Shown here piece after piece: positions 31,612 through 40,617 of a stretch of 64,000 bases of DNA. Position 1 is the first letter of the stretch. Every line of letters starts with the position of its first letter. A program made the translations under genes and the position numbers. The DNA comes from Candidatus Thorarchaeota archaeon (GTDB lineage Archaea; Asgardarchaeota; Thorarchaeia; Thorarchaeales; Thorarchaeaceae). Location: contig JAFGAR010000101.1 of NCBI GenBank assembly GCA_016933575.1, forward strand, positions 32,001 to 96,000, in the 5' to 3' direction. The notes beneath the pieces were generated by a model. That model saw only the letters and a list, made by a program, of their open reading frames with translations. It did not search any database and was not told where the DNA came from.

Positions 31612-31794
31612 ATTTGTCCCTTCTGTATAGAAGTGAAATCAAGGACCAATATAAGTAAAATCTTTCAGAAAACAATCTTCTATGCAATGAAACAGCACTG
31701 CTTGGTTTTAGACAACCTTGAAACTCATATTGGCGTTTCCAGCTCAATGGCAGAGAGAGAAACGCCCTTAAGATGAGCCACCTACTCTCTCTTC

Positions 31795-33027
31795 ATGATC
31801 GAGGTCTCTCCTGAGCAGGCTCGCTTTTTCATGTTAGATGTTCAAGGATTGAGAACTGAGAAACCATGCAATTCTGTAAAAGAGGTTGCACAGAGAATTC
31901 ATAGTATACAGGTGGATACAATATCCGTTGTTTCGCGCAGTCACAATCTCATTACATTTAATCGTTTCAAAGACTACAAGGATGGATCAATCTGGGAGTA
32001 TCAGAAGAACGGTGAGCTCTTTGAGTACTGGTCTCACTCGATGTGTTTGATGCCAATCGAGACCTATCCATTATCAGCTTGGCGCAAGACCTTCTATCAG
32101 GAAGAGATGTGGAGTTCATTCCGAAAGTGGAGCATCGAAAACGAAGATATCATCAAGCAAATTCTACAAAAAGTCAAAGATGATGGCGAGGTAAACAGCG
32201 CATCTCTTGGAGAAAAGAAATCGAAACCATCTTCCGGTTGGTGGGACTGGAAAGTTGAAAAACGCGCACTTGAGTATCTCTTCTACATAGGAGAACTCAT
32301 GGTAGCTTATCGCCAGGGATTCCAAAAATACTATGATATTCCTGAACGAGTTCTCCCAGCTGGAATTGATACTCAACCCTTAACCGATGATGAAGCTGCG
32401 GAGTACATCGTCAATAGTACACTAGGTTCACTTGGTCTTGGGACGCATCAGGATATTAGATCATATCATGGAAGCATGCCCGCGAAGAAGCTTTGGAACA
32501 ATAAGAAGGATAGAATCGAGGCGTATTTGGATACTCTAGTCAAAGAGGGGGAACTAGAGGAAGTTCATGTTGCCGGGTTAAAAGATCGTTATTACATGCT
32601 TGCATCAAATGGTGATAGACTACACCTTGACCCAAGCCTATCCGATGAGTCTCCAGTCAAGATTCTGAGTCCCTTCGACAATGTCATGCGTGAACGACAT
32701 CTACCAAAACGAGTCTGGGATTTTGATTACACCATCGAATGCTATGTTCCTCCAGCAAAACGCATCTATGGGTACTTTGTCCTTCCCATCCTAGATGGAA
32801 TCGATCTTGCTGGAAGATTGGATGCAAAGGCACACCGCAAAGAGAAGCAACTCGAAGTCAAGTCGATCTACCTTGAGAAGGAAGCAATAAAATCTAAGGC
32901 TGGATTAGAACGACTGAAATCTGGTCTCATTGCATTCCAGCGATTTCATGAATGTGATGCTATCTCAGTTGGGAAGGTCTCACCGCGTAATATGACCAAG
33001 CAAGTTCGTGCGATTCTAGAGGACTAG
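31795..33027 (+). CDS. YcaQ/AlkZ-family (HTH_42) interstrand-crosslink DNA glycosylase
   Basis: IQVDTISVVSRSH (QxD motif), LFEYWSH, GWWDWK, LSPFDN, FDYTIECYVPPAKRIYGYFVLPIL, GRLDAKAHR. Confidence 0.9.
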   Translation: MIEVSPEQARFFMLDVQGLRTEKPCNSVKEVAQRIHSIQVDTISVVSRSHNLITFNRFKDYKDGSIWEYQKNGELFEYWSHSMCLMPIETYPLSAWRKTFYQEEMWSSFRKWSIENEDIIKQILQKVKDDGEVNSASLGEKKSKPSSGWWDWKVEKRALEYLFYIGELMVAYRQGFQKYYDIPERVLPAGIDTQPLTDDEAAEYIVNSTLGSLGLGTHQDIRSYHGSMPAKKLWNNKKDRIEAYLDTLVKEGELEEVHVAGLKDRYYMLASNGDRLHLDPSLSDESPVKILSPFDNVMRERHLPKRVWDFDYTIECYVPPAKRIYGYFVLPILDGIDLAGRLDAKAHRKEKQLEVKSIYLEKEAIKSKAGLERLKSGLIAFQRFHECDAISVGKVSPRNMTKQVRAILED

Positions 33028-33150
33028 CTCTATCTTAATCACTAACCTTATTTACACGGTGACCAACATATATGAAGGGAACCAAAAAGGGAGGGTAAAT
33101 TAAGCCAAAAAATATACTTAGACTCGATAGACCCAGTGGAGCGCGCAACT

Positions 33151-33738
33151 ATGAAGGATCAAGACGATGGCAGCAAAATAATGAAAGCTGTCCTTATTGG
33201 AGACGGAGCTGTTGGGAAGACAAGCATTCGTCGTAACTATTTGGGGGAAGATTTCACTGAGGGACATATCGCTACTATTGGTGTAGATTTAGCTACTAAA
33301 CGTGTTCTCTTTGATCAAGAAGTCGTGAAATTTATTATTTGGGATCTTGCAGGTCAACCGACATTTGAAAAGGTTCGTGGCCATTACTATGCTGGATGTA
33401 ATGGAATCCTCCTAGTCTATTCGGTCACAGATCGTGATTCTTTCGATAATGCATCAAAATGGCTTGTTGAGGCATTCAAGAACATGGGACCTCTTCCGCC
33501 CACGATAATAATTGGCAACAAGACCGACCTCCGGCATTCATATGACAAGAAAAAATACGTTACAACGGAGGAAGGTCAGAAATTCACGGAGTACTTCATT
33601 GAGAAGCTTGGCGTTCCTGCTGTATTCCACGAAACGAGTGCAAAGACCGGTACCGGAATTCAAGATGCATTTACACAACTGCTGCAAATGATGAGTGACG
33701 AAGAAGAGAAGAAAGAGAGCGAGCACTTCATTGGCTGA
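33151..33738 (+). CDS. Rab-like small GTPase
   Basis: G1 GDGAVGKT, G2 ATIGVD, G3 WDLAGQ, G4 NKTD, G5 ETSAK; no C-terminal Cys. Confidence 0.93.
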   Translation: MKDQDDGSKIMKAVLIGDGAVGKTSIRRNYLGEDFTEGHIATIGVDLATKRVLFDQEVVKFIIWDLAGQPTFEKVRGHYYAGCNGILLVYSVTDRDSFDNASKWLVEAFKNMGPLPPTIIIGNKTDLRHSYDKKKYVTTEEGQKFTEYFIEKLGVPAVFHETSAKTGTGIQDAFTQLLQMMSDEEEKKESEHFIG

Positions 33739-33802
33739 GCTTCGCGTTCGTTTAACTGCATCTTAGAGTTTATAAGAGCAATTTACTACTTAACTATAGT
33801 TC

Positions 33803-36466
33803 ATGAGAAGTGAATGGGAACAGTGTATCATCTTGAGTATACAGGAACGGAAAGATACAGGTCAAAAAAGGATGTCTATGCGAATTGAGGGGATGCACTG
33901 TGCATCATGCGTAGCTACAATAGAGAAGTCTTTGTTGAATCAAGATGGTGTCATTAAGGCCTCTGTAAGTCTCCTTGATGAGAAAGCTGTTATTGAATAT
34001 GATATCGATAAGGTAAATCGAACACTGCTAGAGAAAGCTGTCGAATCCACGGGATATCGAGCTTTACGTTCTGCCATAAGCTTCACCCTGGATCCAAAAC
34101 CTGACTTAAAAGGATGGGATGAGATTGCCTCAGCGATTCGAAATCTCGATGGAATAATTGAAGTCAGAACGTATCCAAATACTGGGAAACTGATTGTTGA
34201 ATACGATGAGGACCTTCTTACTCAGAAGATTGTGCGAAGGAAATTGGAATCCTTAGGACTTACAATCGAAGAGAGTTCAGCTTCTGGAGTAGACCGAGAA
34301 GTCCTTGCAAGGGAGAAAGAGATACGATACTACCGAAATCGATTCGTCTTCTCTTTGATTCTTACAATCCCAGTAGTTATTCTCATGTTTGGAGGAGCAC
34401 TTCTTCCTTCAACTTTTCCAGTAGATATTGTGATGTTTCTATTGACGACTCCAATTCAATTTATTGGAGGCTATCCATTCTATAAGGCCAGCTTCAGGGG
34501 ACTAGTGCATCGTACCACAAATATGGACACCCTTGTCATGTTGGGTACTAGTGTTGCCTATTTCTACTCAGTGGCTGCTACATTCTTTCTAACTGGTTAC
34601 ACATCCTTCTTTGATACCTCTGCATTGTTGATAACATTCATTCTCCTAGGACGGTGGTTAGAATCATTTGCAAAGGGACGAACATCTAATGCAATCCGGA
34701 GCTTAATGGATCTTCAAGCAAGCATTGCCACAGTCATAAGGGATGAAGAAGAGATAGTAATTCCAGCAGAAGACGTTGAGGTCAATGATGTCGTATTGAT
34801 TAAACCAGGTGAGAAGATACCTGTCGATGGAGAAGTAATAGATGGTAGTTCATCAGTAGACGAGTCTATGATCACTGGAGAATCTATTCCAGTCTCAAAA
34901 TCCATTGGTGACTCCGTCATCGGAGCAACTATTAACAAGAACGGTCTTCTGAAAATCAAAGCTACTAAGGTCGGCAGAGACACCGCACTCTCTCAAATAG
35001 TACAACTTGTAGAGGAAGCTCAGACACAAAAACCTCCAATTCAACGACGGGCTGATGCAATTGCAGAAGTCTTTGTTCCGTTTGTGCTTGCCATTGGTCT
35101 AATCACATTTCTTGCTTGGACTTTCTTTGGCGGTGTTACATGGGATGTATCCTTACGATTCGCGACAGCAGTAATTGTTGCTGCTTGCCCATGTGCACTG
35201 GGTCTTGCAACGCCAACAGCTATCATGGTCGGTCTTGGAAAGGGTGCGCAGCATGGAATCCTGATTAAAACAGGTGTTGGTCTGGAGACCATTCCAACTG
35301 TCGACACAATCGTTTTTGATAAAACTGGAACTCTTACGATTGGTCACCCAGTCGTCACTGATTTCATTACAGCACCTGGCATAAGCGAGGATGAAGCTCT
35401 AGCTCTGATTGCTTCCGTTGAAAAGGGAAGTGAACACCCGTTAGCAGAAGCAATTGTGCATTATGCAGAGGAACGGAATGTTCGTATTTTTGAATCAACG
35501 AATTTTATGGCAGAATCGGGTCTTGGAGTGAGAGCAAATGTAAACGGAATTCCAGTCCTTGTTGGAAATGGAAGATTCCTTGCTGAAAATTCTGTGGATT
35601 ACAAGGACTTAGCAACACATGCTCCAATACTTGAAGAACAAGCCAAAACAACTATCTTTGCAGCTTCAGGAAACAAAGCAATTGCCATCATAGCTATCTC
35701 TGATAAATTGAAAGAGAGTTCCATTCAAGCAATTCAGACTCTTAAAGAGATAGGGCTTGAAGTATGGATGATTACTGGAGATAAGATACTTACAGCAAAA
35801 GCTATTGCAGATAAATTGGAAATTAAAAACATTTTAGCGGAAGTTCTACCTCAAGATAAAGCCGCGAAGGTCAAAGAGCTACAAAATAGCAACAAGATAG
35901 TCGCATTTGTTGGTGATGGGATAAATGATGCCCCAGCACTTGCTCAGGCCGACGTTGGTATCGCCCTTGGGTCTGGAACTGACGTTTCTGTAGAGACTGG
36001 TGATATTGTCCTTGTAAAGGATGACTTGACTGATGTGATATCAGGGATTCAACTTGGAAAGAAAACTGTATCCAAGATAAAGCAGGGATTCTTTTGGGCT
36101 TTAATCTACAACATGATTCTGCTGCCAATTGCGGCTGGTGTTTTCTATCCCTTTACGCATATCGCGCTTCAGCCTGAATTTGCTGGTCTTGCCATGGCGC
36201 TCTCAAGTGTAAGTGTTGTTTCGAGTGCTTTACTTCTTAATCGATTTGACATCCAGAAACCCGGAAAAACTTCCAGTGAATCGTTGCGTGTAGAGAGTGC
36301 TCCCAGAATGGCCATAGATCCGATTTGCAAGATGGATGTTGATATAGCCTCTGCTTCATTGTTTAGTGACTACAACGAAAAGCGATACTATTTCTGCAAT
36401 CCCTATTGCAAAGAGACTTTTGATGCAGATCCCGCGAAGTATCAAGATCAAGATTTTCGTGACTAA
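33803..36466 (+). CDS. copA: Cu(I)-translocating P1B-type ATPase with C-terminal YHS/TRASH domain
   Basis: [38 protein letters not shown] and MALSS TM motifs; C-terminal DPICKM...YYFC. Confidence 0.93.
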   Translation: MRSEWEQCIILSIQERKDTGQKRMSMRIEGMHCASCVATIEKSLLNQDGVIKASVSLLDEKAVIEYDIDKVNRTLLEKAVESTGYRALRSAISFTLDPKPDLKGWDEIASAIRNLDGIIEVRTYPNTGKLIVEYDEDLLTQKIVRRKLESLGLTIEESSASGVDREVLAREKEIRYYRNRFVFSLILTIPVVILMFGGALLPSTFPVDIVMFLLTTPIQFIGGYPFYKASFRGLVHRTTNMDTLVMLGTSVAYFYSVAATFFLTGYTSFFDTSALLITFILLGRWLESFAKGRTSNAIRSLMDLQASIATVIRDEEEIVIPAEDVEVNDVVLIKPGEKIPVDGEVIDGSSSVDESMITGESIPVSKSIGDSVIGATINKNGLLKIKATKVGRDTALSQIVQLVEEAQTQKPPIQRRADAIAEVFVPFVLAIGLITFLAWTFFGGVTWDVSLRFATAVIVAACPCALGLATPTAIMVGLGKGAQHGILIKTGVGLETIPTVDTIVFDKTGTLTIGHPVVTDFITAPGISEDEALALIASVEKGSEHPLAEAIVHYAEERNVRIFESTNFMAESGLGVRANVNGIPVLVGNGRFLAENSVDYKDLATHAPILEEQAKTTIFAASGNKAIAIIAISDKLKESSIQAIQTLKEIGLEVWMITGDKILTAKAIADKLEIKNILAEVLPQDKAAKVKELQNSNKIVAFVGDGINDAPALAQADVGIALGSGTDVSVETGDIVLVKDDLTDVISGIQLGKKTVSKIKQGFFWALIYNMILLPIAAGVFYPFTHIALQPEFAGLAMALSSVSVVSSALLLNRFDIQKPGKTSSESLRVESAPRMAIDPICKMDVDIASASLFSDYNEKRYYFCNPYCKETFDADPAKYQDQDFRD

Positions 36467-36801
36467 TATTGCGAGTCATATCTACCTGTAGTAATCTCTC
36501 TAATCCGCTTCTCGAAAGTATTCTCAGCAGCGGACTCCGATCCCCAAGTGATACCAAATAGACCTTGCCCGCCTCCAGAAGCTATTACAGTGACTCTACT
36601 CATTCCTGACATTCCAGAAGATTCAAAGATGACAGTTATTGACTGATTACTACTTGTTCGTAAGACATATTCCTCGTGGACGAATATAGCGACAATCCTG
36701 TTTCCAGCTATCCACCTCTTTGAGAAAATCTTACTGTAATTTCTTCCTAGATAATCTAAAACCCGATTATCAAATTCACTATCAAATTCAACAACTTTCA
36801 A
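36463..36801 (-). CDS. Small hypothetical protein (DUF6054-like)
   Basis: SNQSITV...[18 protein letters not shown]; resemblance to DUF6054 is from memory; TTG start. Confidence 0.55.
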   Translation of the reverse strand: MKVVEFDSEFDNRVLDYLGRNYSKIFSKRWIAGNRIVAIFVHEEYVLRTSSNQSITVIFESSGMSGMSRVTVIASGGGQGLFGITWGSESAAENTFEKRIREITTGRYDSQY

Positions 36802-36926
36802 AGGTTACATGCCTCGTTATCATGAAACTGATTTACCTTTTCCTGAAGGCTTATGGATATTTTCTCAATCCATAGGAAATTACTTGAGCAAGTTCTGAAG
36901 ATTATATTATTGGGACGTGTATCGAA

Positions 36927-37361
36927 GTGAGTGTGATTGAGCGGACCATCGTTCGATTTGCTGAACCTCAGGATCTTGAGTGGTGTGTCGTAGAAGATGA
37001 TTCTGTGACTGAACAGGTAACCCGTAACAAGATTGTCAATGATGAGATCATTGTAGGTGAGATTGACGGTCAACTTATTGGCTATGTTCGATTAGAATAT
37101 CTCTGGTCAAAGATAGCTTACATCGGGATGCTATTTGTTGAAGAGGCTTACCGTAGAGCAGGCGTAGGTCGGAAGATGCTAAATTTCCTTGAAAACCATC
37201 TTAAAGAATACGGTCACGACGTGTTTTACAGCTCTTCACAAGCAGATGAACCTGAAGCTCAGGCATGGCATCGAGGAAATGGATTCACTGAATGTGGAAT
37301 GATTAATGGACTTAATGAGGGTGGCATTGGTGAGGTCTTCTTCAGGAAGTTTCTTGCTTAG
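36927..37361 (+). CDS. GNAT family N-acetyltransferase
   Basis: LFVEEAYRRAGVGRKML, AQAWHRGNGF. Confidence 0.88.
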   Translation: MSVIERTIVRFAEPQDLEWCVVEDDSVTEQVTRNKIVNDEIIVGEIDGQLIGYVRLEYLWSKIAYIGMLFVEEAYRRAGVGRKMLNFLENHLKEYGHDVFYSSSQADEPEAQAWHRGNGFTECGMINGLNEGGIGEVFFRKFLA

Positions 37362-37583
37362 AAACAAGTATCTCATTTGTGAGAACGATTGCATATGACT
37401 TCCGATTGAGTAGTAGCTTGACATGTTCTTGTTTCCAGATAATAGAGCCCAAATGCAGTAAACACAGGCTGAAACAAAATAAAGTCTGCATCAAAAGTAC
37501 TTATCAAAATACTCTCAAATTGCATTTGGTGGGCGCAGAAGAGAACTAGTAAAATATGTTCCTTAATTACAAATAAAGAAGTC

Positions 37584-37616
37584 AGTGGCTGCTAGGTCTT
37601 GTAACCTAGAGCCACT
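37584..37616 (-). terminator. Stem-loop terminator candidate for the longin/15-TM unit
   Basis: AGTGGCT(g)CTAGGT / ACCTAG-AGCCACT 13-bp stem with one bulge, 11 bp after the stop; T-rich run follows on the minus strand. Confidence 0.55.
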
Positions 37617-37627
37617 TCACTTTAGAT

Positions 37628-39049
37628 TCACTGCTTGTTTCTTTCCAATCTACCAGTGATAGAGAGCCAAAATACTAGGAAGGAGACTACAACGAGACCA
37701 TATCCTGGATCTAGGAATGGAAATTCCAATAAGAGAAGCGGAAATCGGATCAGAATATAGAGAAGCAAACCAATCGCCATTCCCAAAGGTCTTGACCTTC
37801 CTGGAGTTCCTGCCCTCTTCATTCTTCTCCAAGTTATCGAGAACATAATTACCGGAAGGAAGAATAACAGCATGACAAGGCCTCCAAGATACCAATAGTT
37901 GAGAAATGCAACACTCACAGGGTCTGGATACGACTGAACCATCAGGAGAATTGTAGGAACATAGATTATCACAGGTATAGAAGCTGCAGTACGATATCCT
38001 GCAGCAAGGAATGCAACTGCTGTGAAAACAATCAACGCAAATGACGATGCTACAAGATCAAAATAGACTCCAGTGACAGTTGTAAACAGGCCAATATTTC
38101 CAAACATTCCAATCATTTGACCTGCTGCAAATGAAGCAAATATTATCATTAGCATAGCTGTTGGTAGTTGTTTTGTTTCTCTCCATCTTCCAAATGTATA
38201 AGCTGCAGTACCAGCCGCAAGCATGATAGCAAAGGCTCCCATTATCCCTGTCACAAAGATGCCGATGTCTGTGTATACTCCCGTTGTTACTAGACTAATA
38301 ACAAGGAATAATGGCCCTGCAAAACTTGCTCCATATCCAAATAGTTCTGCAGAAATTTTCTGGTCGGGTCGTAAGAAAGCAAATGAAATCATAGCCGGTC
38401 CCATCATGGCAAATACGGAAATCACCAGTATAATTTCAATTGGAATGATAGAAAATAGACGTGGTACTGCAAGAACCTGTACAATCATCGCATAACCCAA
38501 AGCCAGGCTTGTGCTTCTTTTTGTGTCATAGGCTATCCATGAAAAGAGCGTAGCATTGGCTGCAAGAAGAATCATGGACAGGATATTTCCGAAATTGATA
38601 AGGTATTCAGCCACATTACTTACTCTAGAACTGCCAATAGTAATCACTGCATTAAACCATAAGATGTACGCGAGTAGAATCATCACAATCATGAATACGA
38701 AGAGTGCTCGTTGTTTGAGGATCAAAGTTGCTGAGATTGTGAGAAAGACTAATTCGATTAATGTAAAGATATAGAATATCGAGTAATTGTTCAGATAATC
38801 GTTGTATAATGCGATATTTGAATCAGCAAGCCATATGGAAATATTTCCATTTAGCACAAAATAAGTAAGTACAACCCCAATACCGAAAATAATCAGTCCG
38901 ATTGCAAAGATGTACAATGGTCTGAATGCTTTCTTGATTTCAGGGTCTGGAGATGCCGCTGACCTCTTGCGGCTGTAGTTGATGATGGTTCCTGCTGCAA
39001 CGAATGTTGCTAATCCAAGAAACAAATAGGCAATCTCATAGATTTCCAT
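37628..39049 (-). CDS. Polytopic membrane protein, ~15 TM (apparent tandem 7TM + linker TM + 7TM)
   Basis: About 15 hydrophobic segments by eye; basic loops after TM1/TM5 and TM9/TM13; no soluble output domain. Confidence 0.7.
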   Translation of the reverse strand: MEIYEIAYLFLGLATFVAAGTIINYSRKRSAASPDPEIKKAFRPLYIFAIGLIIFGIGVVLTYFVLNGNISIWLADSNIALYNDYLNNYSIFYIFTLIELVFLTISATLILKQRALFVFMIVMILLAYILWFNAVITIGSSRVSNVAEYLINFGNILSMILLAANATLFSWIAYDTKRSTSLALGYAMIVQVLAVPRLFSIIPIEIILVISVFAMMGPAMISFAFLRPDQKISAELFGYGASFAGPLFLVISLVTTGVYTDIGIFVTGIMGAFAIMLAAGTAAYTFGRWRETKQLPTAMLMIIFASFAAGQMIGMFGNIGLFTTVTGVYFDLVASSFALIVFTAVAFLAAGYRTAASIPVIIYVPTILLMVQSYPDPVSVAFLNYWYLGGLVMLLFFLPVIMFSITWRRMKRAGTPGRSRPLGMAIGLLLYILIRFPLLLLEFPFLDPGYGLVVVSFLVFWLSITGRLERNKQ

Positions 39050-39061
39050 TCATTTGGCCTC

Positions 39062-39496
39062 CTAGAAAACTTTCTTCCCCCATTCCTTCGCAGCTGAACT
39101 AGTTTCATTTGTCCAACCACGAATTCCACTTCGTACTTTTTCAATCTCCTCAGGACTACTCTCACGAGTTATCATTTCAGCTATTAGATTTAGAACACCA
39201 TCATCAATGTCGTCTCCTTGTTCGTTCACGAATTTAATGACAGCTCTGTTGTGTTCTTTAGCTCCTTTGTCATTGAATGCATGAAGGGTCACGACATAAT
39301 TTTCGCCAGCCTTTCCAATGAGTAATTTCAATTCTCCAAATTGAAGCTCGTTTATTTCGTTTCCAGAAATTTTCTTAATGAACATCTGGAGTGCAGATAC
39401 AAAACCACCAAGTAGCGCTGAGTCTCCCTCAAGGTTTTCCCAGCCCATACTGGCTATTGTTTCGCCGGCGTCGTTGATTAGGAAGATACCGTACAT
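39062..39496 (-). CDS. Longin/roadblock-like domain protein
   Basis: GIFLINDAGETIAS...DSALLGGFVSALQMFIKKI...INELQFGELKLLI...YVVTL matches the beta-beta-alpha-beta-beta-beta-alpha longin pattern; 12 bp from the 15-TM gene. Confidence 0.75.
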   Translation of the reverse strand: MYGIFLINDAGETIASMGWENLEGDSALLGGFVSALQMFIKKISGNEINELQFGELKLLIGKAGENYVVTLHAFNDKGAKEHNRAVIKFVNEQGDDIDDGVLNLIAEMITRESSPEEIEKVRSGIRGWTNETSSAAKEWGKKVF

Positions 39497-39580
39497 TGTC
39501 GTTGATCCCCGCTTGTGATATGCTATTTGAAGTTACCATGATGCGGCAGACCATGGTAGTTCCGGCGTGAGAGGCTATTG

Positions 39581-39592
39581 CTTATATATTAA
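39581..39592 (-). promoter_or_regulatory. Putative TATA box upstream of the longin-like gene
   Basis: TTAATATATAAG on the minus strand ~85 bp upstream of ATG 39496. Confidence 0.35.
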
Positions 39593-39655
39593 GCATTTCT
39601 AGTAGCATATATTAGCAAATTTACCCATGCATTTGAAACCACGAGATTTGAGAGC

Positions 39656-39916
39656 CTAAAACGATTCAAACCAACCCTTTGTCTTGTCGATAGCATCCTT
39701 TTCTTCTTCGGTAGCTTCCGCTGCTACTTCTACATCTCGAACCTGAAAATTAGCATCAACAAAAGCAACTAGAGAATGTCCCTTTGTGCACTTTGCTGTC
39801 ACAATTGTTGGATAACGCTTAGCCTGAGTTATCTGACGTTCTTCGACCTCAACGTATACCAAGTTATTGTCAGGGCACGATGGACATGCAAAAGGTTTGA
39901 GTTTAATCTTTGGCAA
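39656..39916 (-). CDS. Small putative Zn-binding protein (CxxC...CxxxH...VDANFQVR)
   Basis: FACPSCP...AKCTKGHSLVAFVDANFQVRDVE. Probable TTG start at 39916 after GGAGA (the ORF track extends it to 39967). Confidence 0.65.
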   Translation of the reverse strand: MPKIKLKPFACPSCPDNNLVYVEVEERQITQAKRYPTIVTAKCTKGHSLVAFVDANFQVRDVEVAAEATEEEKDAIDKTKGWFESF

Positions 39917-40016
39917 TAGGTTGTCTCCGTCGTCTCGAGGTCCAGAGATTAGACCGAATCTCTGCATATATTGATATTTGCTACAAATCCAACTAGAAGA
40001 AAAGACATTGTAATAC

Positions 40017-40550
40017 TTAGAATTGTGGCTTTACATACCTGTCTGCTAGGAATTTACCTACTGCATTGAACATTTCAGGGACGCCCTGCCCGGTCTTTGC
40101 TGACACCTCGAAAACTTGAGCATTGTATTTCTTTGCGTATTCTTGAGCCTCTTCAAGAGATACTCCCATACCTGGAAGACGCTCATCTATTTTGTTTCCA
40201 ACAAGAAATATATCACAGTTTGGGACACTACTATGAAGTCTTGAAATCCAATCATCCAGTCTATGCATTGTGAATGAACGGCTTACCTCGTATACCGCAA
40301 TTCCTATCTTAGAGCCTCTGAAATAGTCCATCACAACATCCTGAAAACGAGGTTGGCCTCCAAGATCCCAAATGAGCAGGGTAATCTCAGAGTTTTCTAC
40401 TTGTACCTTTTTTGTGGCAAAATTGACTCCTATGGTCATCTTCATCTGCTGATCGAAACGATCTTCTGTATACCGAACGGCTATGGAAGTCTTGCCTACC
40501 CCACCCTCACCAATCAAAGCTACTTTGAAAATAGGGTTACGCGTGGTCAT
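40017..40550 (-). CDS. Rab-like small GTPase
   Basis: G1 GEGGVGKT, G2 MTIGVNF, G3 WDLGGQ, G4 NKID, G5 EVSAK; no C-terminal Cys. Start at ATG 40550 or 40589. Confidence 0.93.
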   Translation of the reverse strand: MTTRNPIFKVALIGEGGVGKTSIAVRYTEDRFDQQMKMTIGVNFATKKVQVENSEITLLIWDLGGQPRFQDVVMDYFRGSKIGIAVYEVSRSFTMHRLDDWISRLHSSVPNCDIFLVGNKIDERLPGMGVSLEEAQEYAKKYNAQVFEVSAKTGQGVPEMFNAVGKFLADRYVKPQF

Positions 40551-40617
40551 ATCTTGCAGCTCTGTTACTATGGCCGTGAGAACCGGCATATGAAGGTTTT
40601 TCTGAGAGACGTAGAGA

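Noticed and set aside
37628-39049. 15-TM protein as a rhodopsin or bona fide GPCR
   Set aside because: No retinal-binding Lys in the seventh helices and no DRY/NPxxY motifs; only the helix count and loop pattern are supportable.
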